Below are positions 19,026 to 27,827 of a stretch of DNA of 64,000 nt, piece by piece (the stretch's first letter is position 1; each line of letters opens with the position of its first letter). Source of the stretch: an uncultured delta proteobacterium (lineage in GTDB: Bacteria; Desulfobacterota; Binatia; UBA9968); the NCBI GenBank assembly GCA_963755715.1, contig CAVWLW010000006.1, forward strand, positions 35,358 to 99,357. Reading direction: 5' to 3'. Made by a program: the position numbers and the translations under genes. The notes under the pieces were generated by a model. The model was not told where the DNA came from. It did not search any database and was given only the letters and a program-made list of their open reading frames with translations.

Positions 19026-20033
19026 TCAGCGATACAAAGCGTCGATGAAGCCGCTCGATTGCAATTGCCGCACGAAGGAATCATCAAAAAATTTTCTTGG
19101 CTCGCTGTCTTTCGCCTTGGGAATTCTGGCGGCGAGATCGTCCAAAACCGACCTCATCGCTTCGACGGTCGTGAGTGGGACTTTGAGCATGTATTTCTGC
19201 ACGTCGACGTCGTACGATTCGGCCAGCGCCGCCGGATTCGCCGTCCGTAAATACTTACCCATCACTTTGAGCGCAAAAGTCTTGTCTCGTTTGGCGCGCG
19301 CGATCGCTTCGGTTTGCGCCGTTACGTAACGGCGCACCAGATCGGCATCCTCGCGGATCAAGCGGCCGCGCGTGGTGATACCGGTGAACGCATAAGGAAT
19401 TCCCAGCGCGGCGACATCGAGCAATGCATGATGGCCGAGCTTCAGCGCTTGGGTAATCGCGGGATAGGAAAGGATTCCCGCTTGAATGCGATTGCCCTGC
19501 AGCGCCGCGACCATGGATTCCATGCCGCCGACCTGGACGATAGCGACGTCTTTTTCGGGCACGAGGCCGAAATGGCGCAGCGCCAGGCGCGCCCCGACGT
19601 CGATCGAAGTACCGAAGCGCGTGATGCCCAAGGTCCGGCCCTTCAGCTGCTCTGCCTTTTCGACTTCCGGCCGAGCGATCAGTTGCTGCACGAGAGATTC
19701 CAACGTCGTACCAACGACGATGACATCGGCGCCGCCGAGGGCTGCGCTCGCGGTGGTACCGCCAGAGATCTGCAAGAACTGCACTTCGCCGGCGATCAAA
19801 GCGTTCATGCCTTCAACGCCGGTGGGCGTGGCAATCACTTCCACGTCCAGGCCATGTTTGTTGAAGATGCCAGCTTCGCGCGCGATCCAGGGCGGACACA
19901 TCGATGAAGAGAGCGAAGTAAAAGCCATGCGCACTTTGCGCAACGGCGGAGACTCAGCGGCGTAGGCGCCAGGCAGCACTGGACCTAAGACGATGAGAAA
20001 AATAGTGAACAAAACGAAAGGACGAATCTTCAT
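19026..20033 (-). CDS. ABC substrate-binding protein, NMT1/THI5-like (orphan)
   Basis: Signal peptide; WIAREAGIFNKHGLDVE; LKGRTLGITRFG. Confidence 0.85.
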   Translation of the reverse strand: MKIRPFVLFTIFLIVLGPVLPGAYAAESPPLRKVRMAFTSLSSSMCPPWIAREAGIFNKHGLDVEVIATPTGVEGMNALIAGEVQFLQISGGTTASAALGGADVIVVGTTLESLVQQLIARPEVEKAEQLKGRTLGITRFGTSIDVGARLALRHFGLVPEKDVAIVQVGGMESMVAALQGNRIQAGILSYPAITQALKLGHHALLDVAALGIPYAFTGITTRGRLIREDADLVRRYVTAQTEAIARAKRDKTFALKVMGKYLRTANPAALAESYDVDVQKYMLKVPLTTVEAMRSVLDDLAARIPKAKDSEPRKFFDDSFVRQLQSSGFIDALYR

Positions 20034-20224
20034 TTTATCGCTAGCAAAAATTGTTTGGCGGCTTCTCGCGCCACTTTTGCTTGGCTTCACGGTGACAAGC
20101 TTCTCCGCCGTAACTTAGTCGAATATCTTTTCGCTGACAAACAGATACGGCAGAGGAAAAGCAGATGAGGAGCAAGATTGAGCGGCCTTACTCGAAGCTC
20201 AAAGACGGAAAGCCTTCTCAGGCC

Positions 20225-21487
20225 TCAGGCCGCGGGAGGAATAGCGATCTTTTGTCCGATATAAATGTAATCGGGGTTGACGATAACTTTCCGGTTAGCT
20301 TCGTAAATCTTTGGCCACTTCAACGGGCTGCCATAAAACCATTCGGCCAAATCGCTGAGGGTATCACCTGCCTTCACGGCGTAGTCCACTGGCTCAACCG
20401 GCAATCTCGGCGGCTTGTCAGCGACCACGATCGGCTTGGTTTTGTACAGACGATCAATAAATCCAGAATTATCCAGTTCTTTGACAAATGACAGGTCGAC
20501 AAACTGCTCCGGCCGAGCTGTCTTTGCTTCGGGCTCCCTTCCACCTACTTCTCGAAGGATGGCGTCAATTCCTTTCAGCGTCGGATACGGCTTCGCGGGG
20601 ACAAGAGCAAGTCCGATATCCGCGTGTATCTCCTTCAAAGCCTCGGCATTGTTGGTCTTGAGATACTTTGCCAGAACGGTTAGCGACTCCTGCCGGTTGG
20701 TTTTGTAGTAATGAATACCTTCCACATAGGCTTTCATGACATTGCGGACAAGGTCAGGCTGGGATTTGATCAATGCCCGAGTCGTTGCTAATCCCGTGTG
20801 CTGATACTCGAGGCCGAGCATTTTAAGGTTGGCTAGAACGCGAAAGCCCTTTGTTTTCGCATGGAGACTCTGAGGAACTTCCAGCATCACCCCTTGGACC
20901 TTTCCTGTCTCAAGCGCGGCGAACCGGTCCGGCTGCGTCCCGATCTCAAGAATTTTTACATCCTTATCCGGGACTAAACCATACTTATCGAGGGCGAAGC
21001 GAATCGCAAAGTCCGAAGAACTCCCATACCGGCTCACCGCCAGGGCCTTGCCCTTCAATTGATCCGGTCGTTGGACGGTCTTGTCAACGATGAATTGATA
21101 ATTCATCGTGTTCAGGATCCCGGCGATCATCACGATGTCCGCGCCCTTGAGGTTACTCTGGATAACCCCAGCGCCTGCCATCTGTGCAAAGGCCACGTCG
21201 CCTGACGCGAGGGTTTGTGCGGCCCGGCTTCCTCCTTCCACAAGCACGAGCTGCACGTTCAAGCCATACTTGCTGAAGAAACCCTTTTCGTAGGTCACCC
21301 ACAAAGGCGCCATGTTACCCGAAATAGAGCTATAAGCTATGATAACCTTCGACAAAGGGCGCTCCGCCGTTTTTTCCGCAGGGTTGGCCAGAGCAGGAGT
21401 GAGGAGTCCTATTGCCCAAAGAAAAATGACAATGCCAACCCGCACGTCTCGCATTCTCCGCCGGGTAAAGTCCGATTGCGAAAACAT
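20225..21487 (-). CDS. NMT1/THI5-like substrate-binding protein fused to a C-terminal LysM domain
   Basis: SBP motifs (PLWVTYEKGFFSKYGL, LKGKALAVSRYG), followed by YAVKAGDTLSDLAEWFYG...IYEAN...NPDYIYIGQKIAIP. Confidence 0.85.
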   Translation of the reverse strand: MFSQSDFTRRRMRDVRVGIVIFLWAIGLLTPALANPAEKTAERPLSKVIIAYSSISGNMAPLWVTYEKGFFSKYGLNVQLVLVEGGSRAAQTLASGDVAFAQMAGAGVIQSNLKGADIVMIAGILNTMNYQFIVDKTVQRPDQLKGKALAVSRYGSSSDFAIRFALDKYGLVPDKDVKILEIGTQPDRFAALETGKVQGVMLEVPQSLHAKTKGFRVLANLKMLGLEYQHTGLATTRALIKSQPDLVRNVMKAYVEGIHYYKTNRQESLTVLAKYLKTNNAEALKEIHADIGLALVPAKPYPTLKGIDAILREVGGREPEAKTARPEQFVDLSFVKELDNSGFIDRLYKTKPIVVADKPPRLPVEPVDYAVKAGDTLSDLAEWFYGSPLKWPKIYEANRKVIVNPDYIYIGQKIAIPPAA

Positions 21488-21526
21488 AACTCCGCTAAGT
21501 CGGCTGTGTGCGCATCTGCCGCGATC

Positions 21527-22270
21527 TCATCTCGCGACTCTATTCTCAACTGGGGTGTTCAGTTCGGCCGCGCTTGCGTCAGTCTTGTCGGTCCGCTCGC
21601 CGATGGGCGCAATAATGGCGCGCACGAGAAAAACAGAGAGAGCGACAGTAACGAGAAGCACGAGGACGATTAAGCCAACAAAGCGAAGCAGGACTGTGTT
21701 GATCTCTGTTTTCACGCCCTCTGCCCATATTCCCAGATGGGCTGTCCCTAGTTGTCCTTCAAGAACCGGTACACGGGTCTCGTATACGGTGTTTCCTTGC
21801 AATGTCACGACCCGCGTGCCGATTTGTTTTCGCTCGTCCGGCGTCAACGTTCGCATAAGCTCTGGAGGGAACGGCCTCATGCTATGGCCAACGATCTGAC
21901 CGTTAGTATCTTCGATAAAGGCGTATGCCACTCCCTCCAATCGGGCGTACTTTGTGAGCAACGCGTAAAGGTCCAGAATATTTTTGCCTATGACAGGGCC
22001 TGCGGCTGCGTCACTTAAGTTAGTTGCTATGGCCAATGCCCGCTGATCAATTTCGCTCCGCAGCGCGCGGTCTATGAATTGATTCGCAATGACTATAAGA
22101 AGAAGCCCAAAAGCGAGCATCACAGCTGCAACAGTCCCAGTAATTTTCCATGCGAGGCGCGAAGATAGTCGTGGGAGCGCGATTTCCTGATCGGTGCTAC
22201 TGCGAAAGACCGCTGCTCTTGAGTCACTATTTTTTGCTGCTTGGATTAGGGCATCATAAATTTTGCTCAT
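21527..22270 (-). CDS. Membrane protein: MSKIYDAL N-terminus, 2 TM, periplasmic sensor-like domain, truncated HAMP start
   Basis: TM at about 38-62 and 190-217; IIAPI HAMP-like start; no output domain. Confidence 0.65.
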   Translation of the reverse strand: MSKIYDALIQAAKNSDSRAAVFRSSTDQEIALPRLSSRLAWKITGTVAAVMLAFGLLLIVIANQFIDRALRSEIDQRALAIATNLSDAAAGPVIGKNILDLYALLTKYARLEGVAYAFIEDTNGQIVGHSMRPFPPELMRTLTPDERKQIGTRVVTLQGNTVYETRVPVLEGQLGTAHLGIWAEGVKTEINTVLLRFVGLIVLVLLVTVALSVFLVRAIIAPIGERTDKTDASAAELNTPVENRVAR

Positions 22271-22284
22271 ATCCTCTCCGCTGG

Positions 22285-23883
22285 CTAATAAGTCGTATCT
22301 GCTTTACCTAATGGGTCGACACCGTTTGCCCTGCTGACGAAGGCGAGCCACTGCTTGCCCAGTCCGGCCTCCCAGGTTTGCATCGCCTCTTTAAGATTTT
22401 TCAACTGGACAATCTCGACCCGCTGCAGCAAAAGATCGTCCGAAACCCTGCTCGGTGTGATCGCCACTTGATATCCCTCGTTGCCCAAGACGCGGGCGTG
22501 TACCCGGGCGTCCGCTCCGTTGTAAAAAGATGCCACGATCAAATGATACGAACCATCGGATTGTTCCCTTAACAATGTCTCCTCCGAGAGCGGCACGAGT
22601 AAGAGTTCCTGTCCCGGCATGACCCGGTTAAGGTTCTGGATCTTCGGGTTGAATTCTTTGATGAGGTCCATACCGAGAACCGCACTGGGGCCGTACGTTT
22701 CGCCGGCAATTTTTTGGATGGTAGAGCCGGGCTGAATGGTAATGCGTTGGTACTGCCGTTTAGAGCCAACTTCTGCACGGGGCTTTTGCGGTAAGGCTTG
22801 TGGCGGTAAGGCTTGTGATTGACTGACCGGCACAACCCAATTGAGATTGTGCCTCAAGGAGTCCAGGCCTCTTCCAGCAATGCTGAACACCGTTCGGGAA
22901 TCGATAACCGATGCTATGCCGATCAGAAGGAACATCACGAAGAAGGTGCCAGCGCCGGCTCTCATCAGACGTGTCGCGAAGTGCCGAGGAAGTTCATTGG
23001 GTACCTGAGGCAGGGAGGTTTCCTCTTTGACCTTCGGCGCCAACAGAGCGGGAACGTCGCGTATCTCGGTGACAGTAGGGTCCAGCTCGAGGTCGCGCGC
23101 AACTCGGTCGATTTTATCCGCGTAAACACGTTGTTGCGACTCGGCGTAGGCGCTAATTAGCGCATTATCGCAGATGATGTTTATGACGCGGGGAATTCCT
23201 TTCGAATAATAGGCGATCCGTTCAACCGCGTCAGGATGAAACAGATCCTTGCCCTCATAGCCGGCAGCCACGAGCCGAGAATCAATGTAAGGACGTACTT
23301 CGTTATCCATAAGAGGGTTGAGGCGGCATTGCACGGCGACGCGCTGCTTAAGTTGTCGGAGATGGGGTTGAGCCAGTTTTGCGTGAAGCTCAGGTTGACC
23401 CATCAATACAATTTGGATCAGTTTCTCCTGATCGGTTTCCAGATTCGAGAGCAGTCTTAAGTTTTCCAAAACCTCGTCGCTCAGGTTTTGAGCTTCGTCG
23501 ATTAGCATCGTAACTGTGTGTCCCTGATTGAGCTGCTTGATCAAATAATCATTCAGTTCCAGCAACATCGCTACTTTGCTTTGATCTTTCGATGTTAAGC
23601 CCAGGTCCTGAAGTGTGAGCTGGAGTAATTCAGGAAAGCTTAAACAGCTATTAAATACAAAGACCGAATGGACGGTGTCCGCCAAGTTGCGCAATAGTCT
23701 ACGGAGCAAGGTGGTTTTTCCTGTCCCGACCTCGCCGGTAATGACAATGAAACCCTTTTTGGCCTCGATCCCATAGCGCAGGGCAGCAAACGCTTCTAGG
23801 TAGAGAGGATTGGTATAGAAAAAACGGGGATCAGGGGTAACGCTAAAGGGTGATTCTCGGAATCCAAAGTAGCTATTGTACAT
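22285..23883 (-). CDS. ExeA/GspA-like AAA ATPase with TM, LysM-like and SPOR-like C-terminal domains
   Basis: MYNSYFGFRESPFSVTPDP, GEVGTGKT, IDEAQ, GQPEL, GIPRVINIICD; C-terminal ITIQPGSTIQKIA...PGQELLL and YHLIVASF. Confidence 0.87.
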   Translation of the reverse strand: MYNSYFGFRESPFSVTPDPRFFYTNPLYLEAFAALRYGIEAKKGFIVITGEVGTGKTTLLRRLLRNLADTVHSVFVFNSCLSFPELLQLTLQDLGLTSKDQSKVAMLLELNDYLIKQLNQGHTVTMLIDEAQNLSDEVLENLRLLSNLETDQEKLIQIVLMGQPELHAKLAQPHLRQLKQRVAVQCRLNPLMDNEVRPYIDSRLVAAGYEGKDLFHPDAVERIAYYSKGIPRVINIICDNALISAYAESQQRVYADKIDRVARDLELDPTVTEIRDVPALLAPKVKEETSLPQVPNELPRHFATRLMRAGAGTFFVMFLLIGIASVIDSRTVFSIAGRGLDSLRHNLNWVVPVSQSQALPPQALPQKPRAEVGSKRQYQRITIQPGSTIQKIAGETYGPSAVLGMDLIKEFNPKIQNLNRVMPGQELLLVPLSEETLLREQSDGSYHLIVASFYNGADARVHARVLGNEGYQVAITPSRVSDDLLLQRVEIVQLKNLKEAMQTWEAGLGKQWLAFVSRANGVDPLGKADTTY

Positions 23884-24054
23884 TGATTCCAGCCTTCCTC
23901 TTGTTAACGTAGCTGTGTGTTTAGCGTCTGCCTGAACCTGTAAACCGAGCCGCACAACCTCATCGGCTTTATTTCACGGCGTCATGTTCAAGAGATTCTT
24001 TGATGAAAAGGAGATTGACTGCGCAAGGTCGTAGTAAACCGTGGCTTTTCTCGA

Positions 24055-24069
24055 GCAAGGCAAATGCCA
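24055..24069 (-). promoter_or_regulatory. sigma54 (-24/-12) promoter for the ExeA-like operon
   Basis: TGGCATTTGCCTTGC = GG-N10-GC, matching TGGCA-N5/6-TTGC. Confidence 0.7.
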
Positions 24070-24358
24070 ACGGGACAAGTTGCTGATTTCTAATAGGTAG
24101 AGTCTTAAAAGCTGGAGGCATTTTCAAACGCGAGCCTAGCGGGCTTTATCATACACTAGGATAGGTTTTGGCAGGGGACTCATGACTCGGCTGGAAATAG
24201 TCTTAACTGAATTTAGGACTTCCGTCCTCTCTCTCTTTGGGAAATGGTCGCCTAAGGATGAGTCCCTCCTATACGATTTAATTTCGCTGTTTGTCAAACA
24301 GCCGCGAATGAATCGGCCAAACCAGCAATAAAATAAAAGACTAGAACGAGATTTCAGA

Positions 24359-25363
24359 TCACTGCCAGCCGTAGAAGCGCTTGGCATTCTCGCCTAAGAC
24401 TTTGGCCTTGGCTGACTCCGAGATGTCCTTGCGGCCGCGGATGGTCGATACCACGTGCGGGAAGATGCCATCCCAATGCGGATAGTCGGAGGCAAAGACG
24501 ATCTTGTCCTCGCCGATGCGTTCGATGACGTAGGGCAAAGTTTCCTCTTCCGGTTCCATGGCGAAGAACCAATTGCCGTGCTTGACGTATTCGCTGGGCT
24601 TGTTTTTACAGAGCGGCGCTTCGATCTTGCCGCGTTTTTCCCATTCTTCATCCATCCGTTCCATCCAGTACGGCACCCAGCCCACGCCGCATTCGAGAAA
24701 CGCGATGCGCAGCTTGGGAAAGCGCTCGGCAACGCCGCCGTACATCAGGCCGGCGAACTGGATAAAAGTTTCCACCGGCCGCCCTATGGTGTGCATGAAG
24801 ATAAAACTATCGAAGCGGACTTCTCCCGCCGGTCCCTCACGCCGATTGTGCACGCACAGCGGCACGTTGAGGCGCTCAAGCTCTTCATAGAGCGGCCAGA
24901 AGGTTTGCGCGCCCAAGTGCTCCTTCATGCCTTGAGTGGCCACGGCGATTGACGCCAAGCCGAGCTTGGTGACGGCGCGATTAGCCTCCGCGACCGCCGC
25001 TTTCGGGTCCTGAAGCGGCACCAACGCAACGCCCTTCAGACGCGGGCTCTGACTGCATACGTCTGCGATAAAATCGTTGTAGGCGCGCGCGTAAGCGATC
25101 GCGTAATCGCGCTCGATCATGCTGTTGACTGAGAAGCTGCTGGTGGGAAAAAGCACCGAGAGATCAATCCCCTCTTTATCCATGTCGGCCAGGCGCGTCG
25201 GCAGATCATTTTTTTCCAAACCACCGAGCGATCCGCCCATGTTGGTATCCATTCCGTCGGAAGGCAAAAGACCGCCGGTGCGTTTTGAATAGGGCTCCGG
25301 CAGCCGTTTTCGTATGTCGATATCTTTTTCGACAATGTGACCGTCGGCATCGATCGTGTTCAT
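24359..25363 (-). CDS. Amidohydrolase_2 family protein
   Basis: DADGH, D.SVLFPT, LECGVGW, ASDYPHWD; RBS GGAGG. Confidence 0.9.
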   Translation of the reverse strand: MNTIDADGHIVEKDIDIRKRLPEPYSKRTGGLLPSDGMDTNMGGSLGGLEKNDLPTRLADMDKEGIDLSVLFPTSSFSVNSMIERDYAIAYARAYNDFIADVCSQSPRLKGVALVPLQDPKAAVAEANRAVTKLGLASIAVATQGMKEHLGAQTFWPLYEELERLNVPLCVHNRREGPAGEVRFDSFIFMHTIGRPVETFIQFAGLMYGGVAERFPKLRIAFLECGVGWVPYWMERMDEEWEKRGKIEAPLCKNKPSEYVKHGNWFFAMEPEEETLPYVIERIGEDKIVFASDYPHWDGIFPHVVSTIRGRKDISESAKAKVLGENAKRFYGWQ

Positions 25364-25538
25364 GCAGAATCCTCCTGACCGAATTGAAGCAAACAAATAG
25401 CTGACGTGAGAAAGCTTAGTCAGAGGACTGCATCGGTGTCAACCGGAAGCGCTGCGGAGTGTTGCGCAAAATACTTCGAGGGAACTCGGAGTGAAAACTC
25501 GTCGAGTTCCCTCGAAGGAGTAGCTGGAAGTGCGGCTC

Positions 25539-25859
25539 CTATCGCCGTCGCGCGTTCGGCAACGGCGCGGCCGCTTCATTCATGGCAAAGGCTTCGACGT
25601 CTTGTTCTCTTAGATCGCGGGTCTTTTCCACTTCCGCCTCGCGCGCGGTCAGCACCCGCACCTGGCCTTGCGCCAGCGGTTTTGCATAGGTTTTAATGAG
25701 CCACACTTTGCCAGTGAAGCGATTCATTTTGTAGGCGGTGTCGACGGGTCCGCTCGGCGGAGTGATGGTGTACACTCCGCCGAGCAGGAAAGCGACCAGG
25801 AGCACCAGCACAGTGCCGGCGCTGGCCCACATGATTTTTTCGGTTGTAATCGAATTCAT
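25539..25859 (-). CDS. Hypothetical membrane-anchored protein
   Basis: N-terminal TM; YKMNRFTGKVW; RBS GGAGG. Confidence 0.7.
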   Translation of the reverse strand: MNSITTEKIMWASAGTVLVLLVAFLLGGVYTITPPSGPVDTAYKMNRFTGKVWLIKTYAKPLAQGQVRVLTAREAEVEKTRDLREQDVEAFAMNEAAAPLPNARRR

Positions 25860-25890
25860 CTTCGATCCTCCCGGAAGACAAAATCAGAAA

Positions 25891-26247
25891 TTAATATTCG
25901 CTGCGTTGGCGCTGCAGCCGCTGAATATCCTGCTGGTTGCGGTTGATCTCGGCCTGATTGCGATTGATCTGCTGCTGTTGCTGGTAGTTGGTGATCTCAT
26001 GCCCCTGCAATTGGTCGCCAACCAAAGCTCCTGCGCCTAAGCCGAGCGCGCCGCCGATGGCCGCTCCAGCAGCTGGATGACCCACCGCCGAGCCGATGAT
26101 ACCACCCGTCGCGGCACCGCCCAACGCGCCGATGCCTGCGCCTTTCTCGCGCGTACTCAAAGGACCGCCGGCGCAACCCGTCAGCAGGAGCGCTCCAGCC
26201 AAAACCGTAATACCCGTGCTTTGCACAATCGTTTTGTTAGTAAACAT
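25891..26247 (-). CDS. Glycine-zipper lipoprotein
   Basis: Lipobox LTGC; GAGIGALGGAATGGIIG glycine zipper; Gln-rich coiled-coil tail. Confidence 0.85.
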   Translation of the reverse strand: MFTNKTIVQSTGITVLAGALLLTGCAGGPLSTREKGAGIGALGGAATGGIIGSAVGHPAAGAAIGGALGLGAGALVGDQLQGHEITNYQQQQQINRNQAEINRNQQDIQRLQRQRSEY

Positions 26248-26290
26248 ATCATCCTCCCATTCGTTCCATCTAATATTGGACGGTTAAAAC

Positions 26291-26581
26291 TTATTTGCTT
26301 TGTCCCTTTGGCTTTCCGTTCTTCGATCTCGCATCGTCTGTCCGATTGTCTTTGTCGTGCTGTTTGTGACGCTCGTCGGCGCGTACCCAACCCTTGTCCG
26401 GATCCGCGGACCACTGCGAATTGGTATTGAACGAGCCCTTGGAGCTCATGTGCTCGGCACCCTTGCCGCCACGCTGGTTTGCGTCATTTTTACCCGTTGA
26501 CGCGGCGCCGACCGTCGAGAGCGTAAATGCCAGCAACGCGTGAAGAGGTATCACCGCAATTAAATACTTCGGCGGTTTCAT
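26291..26581 (-). CDS. Small secreted hypothetical protein
   Basis: Signal peptide followed by a low-complexity charged tail with NSQWSADP..G..RA.ER. Confidence 0.6.
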   Translation of the reverse strand: MKPPKYLIAVIPLHALLAFTLSTVGAASTGKNDANQRGGKGAEHMSSKGSFNTNSQWSADPDKGWVRADERHKQHDKDNRTDDARSKNGKPKGQSK

Positions 26582-26596
26582 AAAAGCCTCGCATCT

Positions 26597-26782
26597 TTAA
26601 GCTTTGGCCGCAGTATCAACCGTAGCAGGTCGTGTAAACGCTTCGTGCAACGGTTTTAACTCGACCTTCGAAATATTCTCGTTTAGGTGCCGCACCATCT
26701 CGGTCAGAATCGCCAAAATGGCCATATGATTCGGTGCATTCATCGAAATCTCCTCGGACGACTTTTTCGTAGTTTTTTTCAT
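26597..26782 (-). CDS. Small hypothetical protein
   Basis: First ORF downstream of the sigma54 promoter; RBS GGAGAG. Alternative start at MNAP. Confidence 0.5.
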   Translation of the reverse strand: MKKTTKKSSEEISMNAPNHMAILAILTEMVRHLNENISKVELKPLHEAFTRPATVDTAAKA

Positions 26783-26815
26783 GAGCTTAATTTCTCTCCG
26801 TTCACAGACTAAACC

Positions 26816-26830
26816 GCAATCGCAATGCCA
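26816..26830 (-). promoter_or_regulatory. sigma54 promoter for the small-protein operon
   Basis: TGGCATTGCGATTGC = GG-N10-GC. Confidence 0.72.
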
Positions 26831-27005
26831 AAAGAAAAATCTTGTAATTTTAATGGCTTAACACTCTATTGATATTCGCGGACTGGTAAAAATGGCGGGA
26901 TTGGGGAGAAATTACCCTAGCGTGGGTAAGGGTCGAAAAGTGACAGCGACGCAACAGTAACCGCCGCAGCGGTATGCTAGATAGAGCTGAATTAGAGCGC
27001 CGAGA

Positions 27006-27692
27006 TTACCTGAGCGCACGCAGGGCGTGAATGCGCTCGGATGTCGCAGGATGAGTCGACAATAGACCGCCGCCGCTATTGCCATTGCGTTGCACCAGCC
27101 ACTCCAGCGTATTCAACATAGTCTCTTTGGAATAGCCGGCGCGCTGCAGCAGTGTCACGGCATGGCGATCGGCCTGGGCCTCAAGCGGACGGGTATAACT
27201 GTTGGTAATCAAAGTGCCGGCGATCGGCGTCACCGCGCTGCTGCCGGGTATCAGTTGCTCTAAGAGCGCGACGCCGATGTTTACGCCCGCACCGACGACC
27301 TGGGCTTGCGCCGGATGGCCGAGATCTTCGTGGGCAATTTCATGGGCCAAAACGCCGCGCAGTTGATCATCGCTGGCTTGGTTCAATAATCCAGTGGTGA
27401 CGTAGTATCGTCCGTCGCCTGCGCTGGCAGCATTGATCGCCGGATCGTCGACGATCGAAACGCGAATATCATCGGTTGCGATTCGATGATTGGTCACGCG
27501 CAGCAGTGGCACCATCACATAGCGTAGCCGGTCGAGCTGTTGCTCGGCCTGCGTCGAGTAGTCGTAACGCCGCGCGCGCTCTTTGCGGATCGCCTCTGCG
27601 TCGGGCGCCACCGCGGCGCTAAGCAAAACAGCCAACGATAGCGTTAGCAGCGTTGGTTTCTTCAGCCCAAAAATTTTTTGCCAAACACTCAC
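27006..27692 (-). CDS. M48 family metallopeptidase (secreted)
   Basis: Signal peptide; INA; GVLAHEIAH (HExxH); EAQAD; STHP...RI. Confidence 0.9.
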   Translation of the reverse strand: MSVWQKIFGLKKPTLLTLSLAVLLSAAVAPDAEAIRKERARRYDYSTQAEQQLDRLRYVMVPLLRVTNHRIATDDIRVSIVDDPAINAASAGDGRYYVTTGLLNQASDDQLRGVLAHEIAHEDLGHPAQAQVVGAGVNIGVALLEQLIPGSSAVTPIAGTLITNSYTRPLEAQADRHAVTLLQRAGYSKETMLNTLEWLVQRNGNSGGGLLSTHPATSERIHALRALR

Positions 27693-27729
27693 AAATTTCC
27701 TACGTGGCCAATTTTTACTTAATCAAAAC

Positions 27730-27744
27730 GCAATGCGCATGCCA
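27730..27744 (-). promoter_or_regulatory. sigma54 promoter for the M48 gene
   Basis: TGGCATGCGCATTGC = GG-N10-GC. Confidence 0.7.
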
Positions 27745-27827
27745 CGTCGCCAACGTAAAGAAATTGATCGTTTGCGCTCGCTGGAGAAACAACCGATGGC
27801 GCAAAAATGTTAAGTGCGTGGAAAAAA

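Noticed and set aside
24030-24050. AAAGCCACGG resembling part of a c-di-GMP-I riboswitch
   Set aside because: The upstream GGCAAAC/GNRA P2 elements are absent, and the region overlaps the sigma54 promoter.
24175-24266. 9-bp inverted repeat GGGACTCAT/ATGAGTCCC as ncRNA or MITE
   Set aside because: It is short and single-copy, with no target duplication or recognisable RNA family; it could be chance.
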